A stretch of 64,000 bases of DNA from Smithellaceae bacterium (GTDB lineage: Bacteria; Desulfobacterota; Syntrophia; Syntrophales; Smithellaceae). The notes under the pieces were generated by a model. It ran no database searches. It saw only the letters and a program-made list of their open reading frames with translations, and had not been told where the DNA came from. A program made the translations under genes and the position numbers. Below, one piece after another: positions 40,370 through 49,525 of this stretch (its first letter is position 1; each line of letters begins with the position of its first letter). The stretch is from positions 1,888,001 through 1,952,000 of the forward strand of contig CAXXVL010000002.1 in assembly GCA_963667845.2 (NCBI GenBank), given 5' to 3'.

Positions 40370-41539
40370 TCAGCGTTTGATGATTTTTACCACCGGCCGA
40401 TACAGAAAAAGGTTTTTACGAAGAAAGCTTTCGGGGTTGGTCATATCCTCCGAGGAGTTGCAGACATACGTGACAACGAGGTTTCCGTCGAATGCAAATT
40501 GACGATGCTCCTTGCCGGCATAGCAAAAGGTATGCGGATCATAGAAGGGACTTCGGGGATCGACTTCGGCGACGGGCTTGAGGAGCACGGAAGGCATGCT
40601 CCAGGGGCCTTCCGGACGCGGGGCCGTCTGATATAGAATCTGATCGCCCTTAGCGGCTGGTGTTAAATATACCGCCAGCCACTCCCGATCCTCACGATGA
40701 TAGCGAACACTCAGCTCGGAGACGCCCGCAGAAAACATGATCTTCACGATATGCGGGTTGAGCGTCTTTTGCCAGGCACCGTTGTGGCTCCAATACTCAA
40801 AATGGTTCTGCGGGTCGTCCAAATGGTCAACGGAGATCCGGGCCAGGATATTGCCGGAAACAGCGGTGGGGCCATCTTTCGCAGGGCGGTAAAGCGGATA
40901 AAAGTAAACGTAAGGGTAATGAACGACGGACGATGCCGCCAGCGCTTCAATGCCGGGCGCGATCGCCCGTGTCCAATCCAGGTAATGAACCTGCCAGTCA
41001 CGGGGATCCGCAGGCGTAAAATCAGCGATTCGCGCGATCTTCAATCCGGAGATTTTGAAATTAAAAGGCGCCGGCGCGTCGGGCAGGACCTGTACCACCA
41101 GCAGCGGAATATATAATACCGTGTTGACGATAAACGGGTCTTGCGGCCAAAGAAATTCGTTTTCACCGAAAAACGATACAAATTTGCCGTCACGTTTTTT
41201 TATGAAATAACGGATCGAAAATCCCTGGCCGGGCCGGCAGGTCGAAACAGCCACGGTATTGCCCAAAACAACGTCCATCCCGATGCGGTCTTTTCTGCCC
41301 GCCTCGTCGGAGACGAATGTGTCGCCAAAGAGCCACAGGGTGCGTCGGTCGTCAAGCAAGATGGAATAAGCGCCGTCCGCGCCGTACCAGCCGTCCCGAT
41401 CGGGGAAACCGGGAAGGCATGCCGCGGGACGCGCGATTGGTCCCGGTGTCTGGCAGGAAATTAAAAAAAGGCCAAGGCAAAGCAGGATCACGAAAGCCGT
41501 GATTTCATGAATTCGGCTCGAATAGCTTAAACGGCTCAT
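40370..41539 (-). CDS. DUF4185/DUF5005-like lipoprotein (putative beta-propeller glycoside hydrolase)
   Basis: Lipobox-like LISC; GADGAYS..LWLFGDTF; PEGPWS; YAGKEH; VVTYVCN; start uncertain (41539 or 41575). Confidence 0.65.
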   Translation of the reverse strand: MSRLSYSSRIHEITAFVILLCLGLFLISCQTPGPIARPAACLPGFPDRDGWYGADGAYSILLDDRRTLWLFGDTFVSDEAGRKDRIGMDVVLGNTVAVSTCRPGQGFSIRYFIKKRDGKFVSFFGENEFLWPQDPFIVNTVLYIPLLVVQVLPDAPAPFNFKISGLKIARIADFTPADPRDWQVHYLDWTRAIAPGIEALAASSVVHYPYVYFYPLYRPAKDGPTAVSGNILARISVDHLDDPQNHFEYWSHNGAWQKTLNPHIVKIMFSAGVSELSVRYHREDREWLAVYLTPAAKGDQILYQTAPRPEGPWSMPSVLLKPVAEVDPRSPFYDPHTFCYAGKEHRQFAFDGNLVVTYVCNSSEDMTNPESFLRKNLFLYRPVVKIIKR

Positions 41540-41629
41540 CTTCGGTGTGCCATGTGTCTGCGCCAATATGAACATACGGCGATCCGCCTCGAAAAAGAAG
41601 TTGCGCGCCGGGGGCTGTCCTCAAATTTC

Positions 41630-44581
41630 CTATTTCAATTTAAAATCCACCCGGCTGCTTTTGACAGTGTCTTTTTTTGCGGCGCTTAAGGACTGCGCTT
41701 TGACGATAAAGATTCGGCCCGCCTCAAGCTTACCCGTCTCCAGCAATTGTTCGCGAACGATCTGGGCGCGTTTGTCTGCAAGCTGCGTCAGATCACTGTC
41801 TGATATGATGATATTGTCCAGAATCAGTTTTTCCATTTCCGCTACAGGCAGAGTCTTGGCGATGCCGATCATTGTGCGCGGTTTGGGAAAATCAGCCGCC
41901 TTATAGGCCAGCGTCAGATATTTTTCAAATTCATCCCGGGAAATGGTGATGTCCTCGACGGGAACAGGGGATTGGCCCTTATCGATCATTTCTTTGAGCT
42001 TTTGTGCTTTTAAGCGACGGCTGAACTCGGCCTTCTTCAGGGCTTCTTTATCCTCTGCCGGGTCAACATGGGCTTCAATCTCGAGTTTCAGGCTGGGCCG
42101 GTCGAACAGAGCTTTGGACAGAGCAGTGATCTTTTTTCGACCCGCTTCCGGGACGAGGGCGCTGCCGTAATCAAATTCAATGAAGCTCATTTCTTCTCCG
42201 CCGCCGGTCAAAGAAGACAAAAGTGAGAAAGGAGACGTGACGGCCTTCGTGATCAGATTGACCAGAACCTGCCAGATAATCGGCCAGATTTTAAATTTCG
42301 GGTCGTCGAGGCTTCCGGACAAGGGGATATCCAGATTGATCTGTCCGTTGCGGTCGGTCAAGAGAGATACAGCGAGTGTCACCGGCGCTTTGACGGCATC
42401 GGGGCTTTCCACTTTGTCGCCGAAGGTCAACTGGTCAAAGAACACTTTATTCTCGGCTGTGAGTTTTCTTTTGTCAATCAGGTAGGACACCTCAAAATTA
42501 AGTTTCCCTTTGGTGATGGGATAGCCCAGAAATCTGCTTGTGTAAGGGGTGACCGTGCTCATCTCAATGTCCTTGAAGCTGATTTTGATGTCGGCGAAAA
42601 GGTCTTTGCTAAGCGGGTTCACCGTGCCTGTGATATCGATGGGGGAACCGTACCCGAGGTTGCCTTTGAGGTCCACCTTGGCGCGGGTGATCTCCTGAGA
42701 GGACAGCCCCGTCACGCTTCCCTTGAGGTTCAGCATGGTGACCGCGTAATTCGGTTTGATGTTGCGGTCCGCAAAATCAATGGTGCCGCCCCGGAAACTC
42801 ACTTTGCCTATTTTGATGTCCGGCTGCATCTCGGCCGGCTTGGCGGTTTGGACCTTTTGTACAGGCTTTGTCTCCTCGTCAGGCTTTGTTTTGTCCGTTT
42901 CCTTTTTCGGCGCGCCGAAGATATCCTGGATATTGGTGGTGCCGCCGTCGTTAATGACGACTTTCGCAAAAAAATCATTGAGCGCAATTTCCCGGACATG
43001 GACGAAAAGCGGATTGTAGCCGACGGCGAGCGATTGGAAATTCAGGAGTTTCCATTTCAAAAAGTCGTTCGCGCGAGCCTTGTCGATCGTTGCCAGGTTG
43101 GCAACAGACAGATTGCCTTCGTATCGGACACGGGGATTGTCTTTGGTATCCATGACCAGAGAAAATTTCCCGGCGGTTGATATGGAACCGCCTGTAACAT
43201 CCATCTGAACCGACTGTGTAAAATAAGGTTGAAACGAACGAATGGTCAGGCTCTTTACATCCAGTGCCAGATTGGCGGCAAGCGGCATGATGCCGACTGA
43301 ACCTTTTGCGGTGATGTTGCTTTTTTTATCAATGACCAGAGCCAGATCGACGTCGGCTGTGTCTCCCTTCCGTAAGGATATTTTAGAAACGGCGAGCCGC
43401 AGGGGGTTGATCGAAATCTTTACGCCTTGGGCCGGCTGTTTGTCGATGAACGTGATGTCGGCCTTGTCGATCAGAAAGGAATCGACAAGCAGCTGGAGCT
43501 CTTTTTTCTTTTCGGCGGCTTTATCGGGCTTTGCCGCGACGGCCGGTGATTTCTGCGACGTCTTTTCGTCCCTGCCGGCCGGTCCGACAAGATTAAGCAG
43601 GTTGATTTTGCCTTCTTTGTCCCGGCGGATGACGAGCTTAGGGCCCTCGAGCGCAATCTGCGCCAGATGGACGCTGGGGATAAACGGTTCGACGGACGTG
43701 AGGTTGACCCGCAAAGCGGGAAGCCGCAGAATGGCGTTCCCCTGCAAATCGTCCACTGCAATTTTTGTGAGGGCGGCCTGGCCGCTGAGTTTTAACTCTG
43801 GTGATTTGTCCTCATGGACGATGAAGCTCAGTTGAATGTTTGCGCCGAGCCGTGCTTCCGCGAGTTTAAAATTCATCTTCACCGGAACGTACTGCAGATA
43901 GAAAGGAATATCGACATCCTTGAGGTCAATCATGAAATGGGTTGCCCGCGATGTCAGGAAAGGCTGGGTTTTCCCGGCGGCCGCGATGGCATGGCCATTG
44001 ACGACGGCGGAAAATTTCGGCTCGACATAATTCTTCAGGTAATAGGCAATATTGGAAACAAAAGGCACCGAAAGATTGAGATCCCGAATGGCATGGTCGG
44101 TCTTGTTGGGTTGATCATGGAAATCGACGCTGCCGTGCTCAATCTGGATGTTATTGAGTGAAAAAAGAAATGGTCCGGATTTTTCTTTTTTCTCTTCCTC
44201 TTTTGGAATCAGGTCGGAAAAATTATAGGACCCGTCCTCCCGGCGGGTGACGCCGATGTACGGCTTATCAAGACGTATGGCCGAAAGAACGAGAGCCCGT
44301 CTGAAAATTGACGTTATACCATCCACATTGACGTACAACTCGTCAAACGCAACAAAAGGGGTCTGTCGGCCCCGATCGGCGAGTTTAAACCCTCTGATGG
44401 TCACGGAAAGCGCAAAAGGATTGATCTTGATCTGAGCAATGGACGTTTCCCGGTGCAGGGCCTCGGAAGCTTTCCTGGCGAGAACGGGTTTAAGTACGGC
44501 GGGAAGAATAAAAAATCCCGCGACGGCGATAAAGACAATCAGAGCGACAACGGCGATCAATATCTTTTTTAATACTTTCAT
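41630..44581 (-). CDS. DUF748-domain (AsmA-like) protein with C-terminal OmpA-like region
   Basis: N-terminal anchor; INPFALS; repeated beta-rich units; LLTDRNGQINLDIPLSGSLDDP; SRVDFKL. Confidence 0.85.
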   Translation of the reverse strand: MKVLKKILIAVVALIVFIAVAGFFILPAVLKPVLARKASEALHRETSIAQIKINPFALSVTIRGFKLADRGRQTPFVAFDELYVNVDGITSIFRRALVLSAIRLDKPYIGVTRREDGSYNFSDLIPKEEEKKEKSGPFLFSLNNIQIEHGSVDFHDQPNKTDHAIRDLNLSVPFVSNIAYYLKNYVEPKFSAVVNGHAIAAAGKTQPFLTSRATHFMIDLKDVDIPFYLQYVPVKMNFKLAEARLGANIQLSFIVHEDKSPELKLSGQAALTKIAVDDLQGNAILRLPALRVNLTSVEPFIPSVHLAQIALEGPKLVIRRDKEGKINLLNLVGPAGRDEKTSQKSPAVAAKPDKAAEKKKELQLLVDSFLIDKADITFIDKQPAQGVKISINPLRLAVSKISLRKGDTADVDLALVIDKKSNITAKGSVGIMPLAANLALDVKSLTIRSFQPYFTQSVQMDVTGGSISTAGKFSLVMDTKDNPRVRYEGNLSVANLATIDKARANDFLKWKLLNFQSLAVGYNPLFVHVREIALNDFFAKVVINDGGTTNIQDIFGAPKKETDKTKPDEETKPVQKVQTAKPAEMQPDIKIGKVSFRGGTIDFADRNIKPNYAVTMLNLKGSVTGLSSQEITRAKVDLKGNLGYGSPIDITGTVNPLSKDLFADIKISFKDIEMSTVTPYTSRFLGYPITKGKLNFEVSYLIDKRKLTAENKVFFDQLTFGDKVESPDAVKAPVTLAVSLLTDRNGQINLDIPLSGSLDDPKFKIWPIIWQVLVNLITKAVTSPFSLLSSLTGGGEEMSFIEFDYGSALVPEAGRKKITALSKALFDRPSLKLEIEAHVDPAEDKEALKKAEFSRRLKAQKLKEMIDKGQSPVPVEDITISRDEFEKYLTLAYKAADFPKPRTMIGIAKTLPVAEMEKLILDNIIISDSDLTQLADKRAQIVREQLLETGKLEAGRIFIVKAQSLSAAKKDTVKSSRVDFKLK

Positions 44582-44851
44582 CGCAAAAGCTCCTTTATAA
44601 ATCCTGAGGGGAGATCGATTGAGGAAGATATCTTTTTTCTTTTCGGTTTGCTGCCTCGTGCGGACGGCCCGTTGGAAATCAATTTTTGCGTAAGACCGTC
44701 ATGGTGAAGCATCTTTTAAGCAGGGCGGTTTTGTCCGAAAATGGGCCTGACAGCATAATCGAAAAGAAGGTTTCCGACTCTCCCGTGACGGCAGATCCCC
44801 TGGACCCGATCGTCGTTAAAGGTTTCCCCTTTTATGACGTTGTCGCTGCAT

Positions 44852-44901
44852 CGCTGAAATGAATTCTGCGTTTCATTGTGAAATGCTATTTCATTTCAGC
44901 G
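44852..44901. other. 50-nt imperfect palindrome in a divergent intergenic region
   Basis: CGCTGAAATGAA...TTCATTTCAGCG outer 12-bp stem plus inner GCGTTTCA/TGAAATGC. Confidence 0.6.
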
Positions 44902-45196
44902 GACTCCCTATATTGACAGTCTTTTGTTTGTCGAATACAAAAAAGCACAATTATGTACTATGGCATTAATGAAAGGCGGCCGGGCTTGTTTGTCAACCTC
45001 AGTCATCAGGAATTGCCCGTCGAATGCCCTGGTCCAATAACATCAAAGTCTATTGATTTTAATAGTTCATTTTAGGCGGAGAATCAATCAAAAATGCATG
45101 GATCGGGCGGCCCCAATCGTGCGTGCCGGGTTGATTTTAGGGAGAAACAAAACCGTTCACCGGGTTAACAGTCCATTTTAGCGAGGCAGGGTTGAT

Positions 45197-46525
45197 ATGA
45201 TCGAGGAGATAGGCGCACGGACAGAAAAAATAAAGAGATCATCGTATGACGGCGTCCAGATTCCGGACGAGCGCATAATGCGCATAGCCGATAATAAGGA
45301 ATGTTATCCCGGCGAAGCGGGGGCAACGGGCGACAGCGTATGGAAAAGCGGCGATGCCTTTAAATGCCTGGTCGACAATGCGCCCGAAGCCTTTTGGCAG
45401 ATGGATAATAATTTAACCGTTACTTTTACCAACACTGCCTGTGAAAAATTATACGGCGGATTTGATAAAGAGGATCTTGTCGGCCGTTCTGTGCTGGATT
45501 TTCTGACTCCGGAGGGCATTGATCATTTAGGGAAGATCAATGGATTGCGGATTAAGGAAGAGGGGCGGGGGATCAAGACCGATCTTGTTTTTTACGAGCT
45601 GCAAATGAGACGAAAAGACGGATCCTATTTCTGGGCGGGCATCAGTTCGACGCCGCTTCGGGATACCCGGGGGCAGGTGATCGGCTATCAGGGCATCATG
45701 CGCGACATCAGCGCCTTTAAACAATATGAGGCGGATCGAAACGGACTTGAGGATGTATTGAAACAAGCGGAGAAGATGAAGGCTGTAGGGAATTTGACCG
45801 GCCGCATCATTCATGAACTGAATAATATTATGACAGGCATTCTCGGTTATTCGCAGCTTCTCCTCATGCAGCCTGAATCGGACCGCAATGATTTTCACAG
45901 ACACGTTGAGAATATCCTCCGGACCGGAGAGCGTGCTACGGCCATTATCCAGGATCTTCTGGCAATATCAAGAAAAGACGTCTTGAATCGCACCTCCGTC
46001 AATCTGAATGAATTGATCCCCGGTTGTCTGAAGATGAACGAATTAAAAAAGTTATCCGAGCGGTATCCCGGAATAACCCTTCATCTGGATCTGGAGCCAT
46101 CGCTTTATGCCGTGAATGGTTCGCGGCAGCAACTGGATAAAGCCATCGGCAACCTGCTGTTCATCGCTCACGAAAAAGCCGGTGCGGGAGGAACCGTTAC
46201 GATCTCCACAAGAACCGTCTATCTCGGACGCCCGATTACCGGTTATGAAGACCTTCGCGAGGGGGAATATGTAGCCTTATCGGTAACCGATACCGGTGCC
46301 GGCTTTGCCGACGAAGATGCCGACCTCATCTTTGAACCGTTCTATATCAAAAAATTCATGAACAAAGGCGTTACGGGTCTGGAATTGACCGTTGTCCGGG
46401 AAGTGGTCAGGGATCATGACGGATTTGTCGATATCGCGGGCAGAATCGGCAGCGGCGCGACCTTTATGGTTTATCTGCCCGTTGCCCATGCCGGTATGCA
46501 GAGTAATCACGGCATGGCGTCGTAA
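45197..46525 (+). CDS. PAS-domain histidine kinase with degenerate ATP-binding boxes
   Basis: PAS/PAC; IIHELNN H-box; NLLFIA N-box variant; DTGAG; IFEPFY; GVTGLEL G2 variant. Confidence 0.8.
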   Translation: MIEEIGARTEKIKRSSYDGVQIPDERIMRIADNKECYPGEAGATGDSVWKSGDAFKCLVDNAPEAFWQMDNNLTVTFTNTACEKLYGGFDKEDLVGRSVLDFLTPEGIDHLGKINGLRIKEEGRGIKTDLVFYELQMRRKDGSYFWAGISSTPLRDTRGQVIGYQGIMRDISAFKQYEADRNGLEDVLKQAEKMKAVGNLTGRIIHELNNIMTGILGYSQLLLMQPESDRNDFHRHVENILRTGERATAIIQDLLAISRKDVLNRTSVNLNELIPGCLKMNELKKLSERYPGITLHLDLEPSLYAVNGSRQQLDKAIGNLLFIAHEKAGAGGTVTISTRTVYLGRPITGYEDLREGEYVALSVTDTGAGFADEDADLIFEPFYIKKFMNKGVTGLELTVVREVVRDHDGFVDIAGRIGSGATFMVYLPVAHAGMQSNHGMAS

Positions 46526-46653
46526 ATAAGATCTTCAGACGAATGCATTTCGATCAATTGACAATGTCCGAATCGTGGACATAATCAACAAAGGGCTTGA
46601 GGAAGTATCAAGATAGTTCCTTCCTTCCTTCTATCTTGGCGGGGCGGCCCGTT

Positions 46654-48789
46654 TCATACTTCCTGAGCCCTTATTTTTTGTTTTAATTTCTCTTTTTTCT
46701 TCCCTGAGAAAAAGACACGCGCATCTACAAGACTTAAACCCTCATCCTGAGGATGGACAATAACGGGATTGAGGTCAATTTCAGTAATCTCCGGGCAGGC
46801 GGCAAGCAGCGCCGACACCCGGCAGATGACGCCTGTCAACGCCTGGATATCGGCCGGCGCTCTGCCCCGTGCGCCGGTAAGCAACGGATAGACTTTCAAT
46901 TCACGAAGCATCTGGGCGGCTTCGTTTTGCGTCACGGGCGCGAGGCGGATGGCCTTATCTTTAAAGATTTCAATGAAGATTCCGCCCATGCCGGCCATGA
47001 TGATCGGACCGAAGGCGGGATCACGCCGTCCTCCGACAAAGCATTCCATGCCTGCGGGCGCCATTTCCTGAATCAGATATCCGTCGATGGCCGGTTGGTT
47101 TTTGAGGGCTTTGATCTTCTTTTTCATCGCGGTCACGGCATCGGACAGCTGCCTCCTGTTGAGGATGTTGACGGCCACGCCGCCCACGTCGGATTTGTGC
47201 GAAGCATCTCGCGAAATAAGTTTTACGGCCAGCGGATAGTGCAGGGGAATTTTCGCAGGCAAGACGGCGTCACGAATAATAATATCCCGGACCGGCTTAA
47301 GGCCGGCAGCCGCGCAAATCGTCAGAGCCTCATCCGTAAGGGGAATGCGTTTTTCCCGAAGGCAGCGATCCAGGATCATGCCGATGGTCCCGAGATCGAG
47401 CGGATAGTCCTCCAGGCTTCCGCGGTTGTCGCGCGCCTTCTTGCGTTCGAAATAAGTCCGGGAAACATGGAGCGCAGTGGCCGCTTCCAGCGGAGAAGAA
47501 AACACAGGAAAGGTCTGACTTTGCTGAACTTTCAGAATTTCCTCCCGATCGGAAATCATCGACAGGCAAACCGGTTTTTGATATTTCGCGACCAGTTTTT
47601 CGACACCGGCCAGGAATGTCCGCGACATCTCTCCTTCAAAATCGGACGAATACAGGTGGTTGAACAGGATGCCGTCGTAATGGCTGAGCTTCAGCGCCTC
47701 TTCCAGGATATTCGTAAAAATGGTGTAATCAAAAATTTCGCCCAGGTCCAGCGGGTTCTGATGCGCGATGACGCGCGTGTTGTAAATGGTCTTGAGCTTT
47801 TCAATGAATGCCGGCGGGAAAGGGACCATTTCAAAACCGTATTTTCCGCAGGCGTCGGCCGTCAGCACCGCGTGACCGCCGGAGCGCGACAGCACCGCCA
47901 CGCGATTGCCTTTCATCAGGGGCATACGGACGACCTTGATGGCGTTGATCATTTCCATCTCGTCATCCACGCGGATCGCGGCTGCTTGAAGAAGCGCGCC
48001 GTCCACCACAGAATCGTCACTGGAAAGAGCCGTTGTGTGAGACTGTGCGATTTTCGCGCTGACCGGCGAGCGGTTTGATTTCTGAATGACAATCGGCTTA
48101 TCGCAGGCGCGGGCCAGATCGAAAAATGCCCGGCCTCTTTTGAACCCCTCCAGATACAGGGCGATGATGTCCATCCGGGGATCCCGGATGAAATAATCCA
48201 GAAAGTCGGCTTCATCGAGCTGGAGTTTGTTGCCGGTGGCCGCGAACTTGCCGGGTTTGATACCGTAGCCCTGCACGGCGCGCATATAGGAGCCGCCCAC
48301 TCCGCCGCTCTGCGCAATCAGGGCCAGACGGCCACCCGTGGGGATGTCTTTGAAGAACGCAAAAGGCATCATCATTTTCAAATCGAAATTAACGGTGCCC
48401 ACGCAGTTGGGGCCGATGACTTTCATGCCGCACTTTTCCGCCACCGCCAGTATGTCTTCCTCCAGCGTGAAGTCACCGTGCGAATACTCGCTGAAGCCGC
48501 CGGACTCGATCACGATATGGGTAATGCCCTTTTTGCCGCATTCATCCATCAGGCCGGGAACGGTTTTGGCGGGTGTCAGAAAGATAGCCACATCCGGAAC
48601 CTCCGGAAGATCGAAGACACTCGTGTAAATGTGGACGCCGCCCACATCGCCTTCCTGGGAACCGACGCCATACAGATGCCCCTCATAGCCGACTTGCTTG
48701 TTATTGAGTAAAACGATTTGTCCCAGATTCATTTTAGTGGCGGATGCGCCGAAGACAACAATACTGCGCGGGCTGAAGAATTTTTCCAT
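46654..48789 (-). CDS. ADP-forming acetate/acyl-CoA ligase, fused alpha-beta
   Basis: FFSPRSIVVFGAS, IGPNCVG, QSGG, SHT phospho-His, NPLD, HKSDVGGV ATP-grasp, EIDLNP; RBS AAGGAG before ATG 48789. Confidence 0.9.
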   Translation of the reverse strand: MEKFFSPRSIVVFGASATKMNLGQIVLLNNKQVGYEGHLYGVGSQEGDVGGVHIYTSVFDLPEVPDVAIFLTPAKTVPGLMDECGKKGITHIVIESGGFSEYSHGDFTLEEDILAVAEKCGMKVIGPNCVGTVNFDLKMMMPFAFFKDIPTGGRLALIAQSGGVGGSYMRAVQGYGIKPGKFAATGNKLQLDEADFLDYFIRDPRMDIIALYLEGFKRGRAFFDLARACDKPIVIQKSNRSPVSAKIAQSHTTALSSDDSVVDGALLQAAAIRVDDEMEMINAIKVVRMPLMKGNRVAVLSRSGGHAVLTADACGKYGFEMVPFPPAFIEKLKTIYNTRVIAHQNPLDLGEIFDYTIFTNILEEALKLSHYDGILFNHLYSSDFEGEMSRTFLAGVEKLVAKYQKPVCLSMISDREEILKVQQSQTFPVFSSPLEAATALHVSRTYFERKKARDNRGSLEDYPLDLGTIGMILDRCLREKRIPLTDEALTICAAAGLKPVRDIIIRDAVLPAKIPLHYPLAVKLISRDASHKSDVGGVAVNILNRRQLSDAVTAMKKKIKALKNQPAIDGYLIQEMAPAGMECFVGGRRDPAFGPIIMAGMGGIFIEIFKDKAIRLAPVTQNEAAQMLRELKVYPLLTGARGRAPADIQALTGVICRVSALLAACPEITEIDLNPVIVHPQDEGLSLVDARVFFSGKKKEKLKQKIRAQEV

Positions 48790-49336
48790 CGGGTTGCTCC
48801 TTTCGTTCGGCAAGCAAACAACGCCGCAGAGCCTCGGATCTTTTCCGGCTGCCGGACGTTGAGGTTTATAAGATAACAGGTCCGGGTGTGTCAAGCTGTA
48901 ATCATTTAATGGAATATAATCAAATATTTCATGATGTTAAAGTTTGACGGGGATTGCGTTTTGCTGCTTTTTTTGCCCACTAACGATGAAATTTGTTAAC
49001 CACGATCACTTTCACAAACACTGTTTACGCTCTGCCGGCTGCAAAACCTGCGGCCACCTGGCATGAAATAAATGTTTTGCTGACAGCTTCATCCAGAGGC
49101 GAGAGTTTTCCCGAGCATTTTATTCAAAAAGATTGCCCGAAAATTTGCGGCGCAAGATCAGCCCGCGTCGTTTTTTTAAACGCCGCAAGAATTGCACCTC
49201 CGGCCGCCGCCAAGAAGAAACTCGGACAATGTCTGGCGCGCCGCGGAAAAAAAATATAAAAAATTCTCCCGGTCCCCGGCTCCTGTTCCATTGCCGGCAG
49301 ATCATCGCGATGTCTTTTCTTCGTTAAAAGAAACGT

Positions 49337-49364
49337 TTGACTTCTCGGGTAAAGCCAATATAAT
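49337..49364 (+). promoter_or_regulatory. Putative sigma70 promoter for the two-component operon
   Basis: TTGACT-N16-TATAAT. Confidence 0.55.
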
Positions 49365-49407
49365 TCTTTCAAACGTTACGATTCGAATCGATCTTTCATC
49401 AACGTCG

Positions 49408-49464
49408 AATCCCGCTTACGCAGGACGAGCGTTAATTCTCCGCAGCTTGCTGCGAGGTGCTTGA
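49408..49464 (+). repeat. Dispersed double-hairpin repeat, copy 3
   Basis: AATCCCGCTTACGCAGGACGAGCGTTAATTCTCCGCAGCTTGCTGCGAGGTGCTTGA. Confidence 0.9.
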
Positions 49465-49525
49465 TCCCAGATTTGGCAGGCCCGGCAACTCATGTTCATT
49501 CTCAGCGTCACGCAAAGGTGGAATC

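Noticed and set aside
46753..48078. 441-aa plus-strand ORF
   Set aside because: Antisense shadow of the acyl-CoA ligase with no recognisable motifs; likewise 49508-50569, 51616-52503 and 59339-60742
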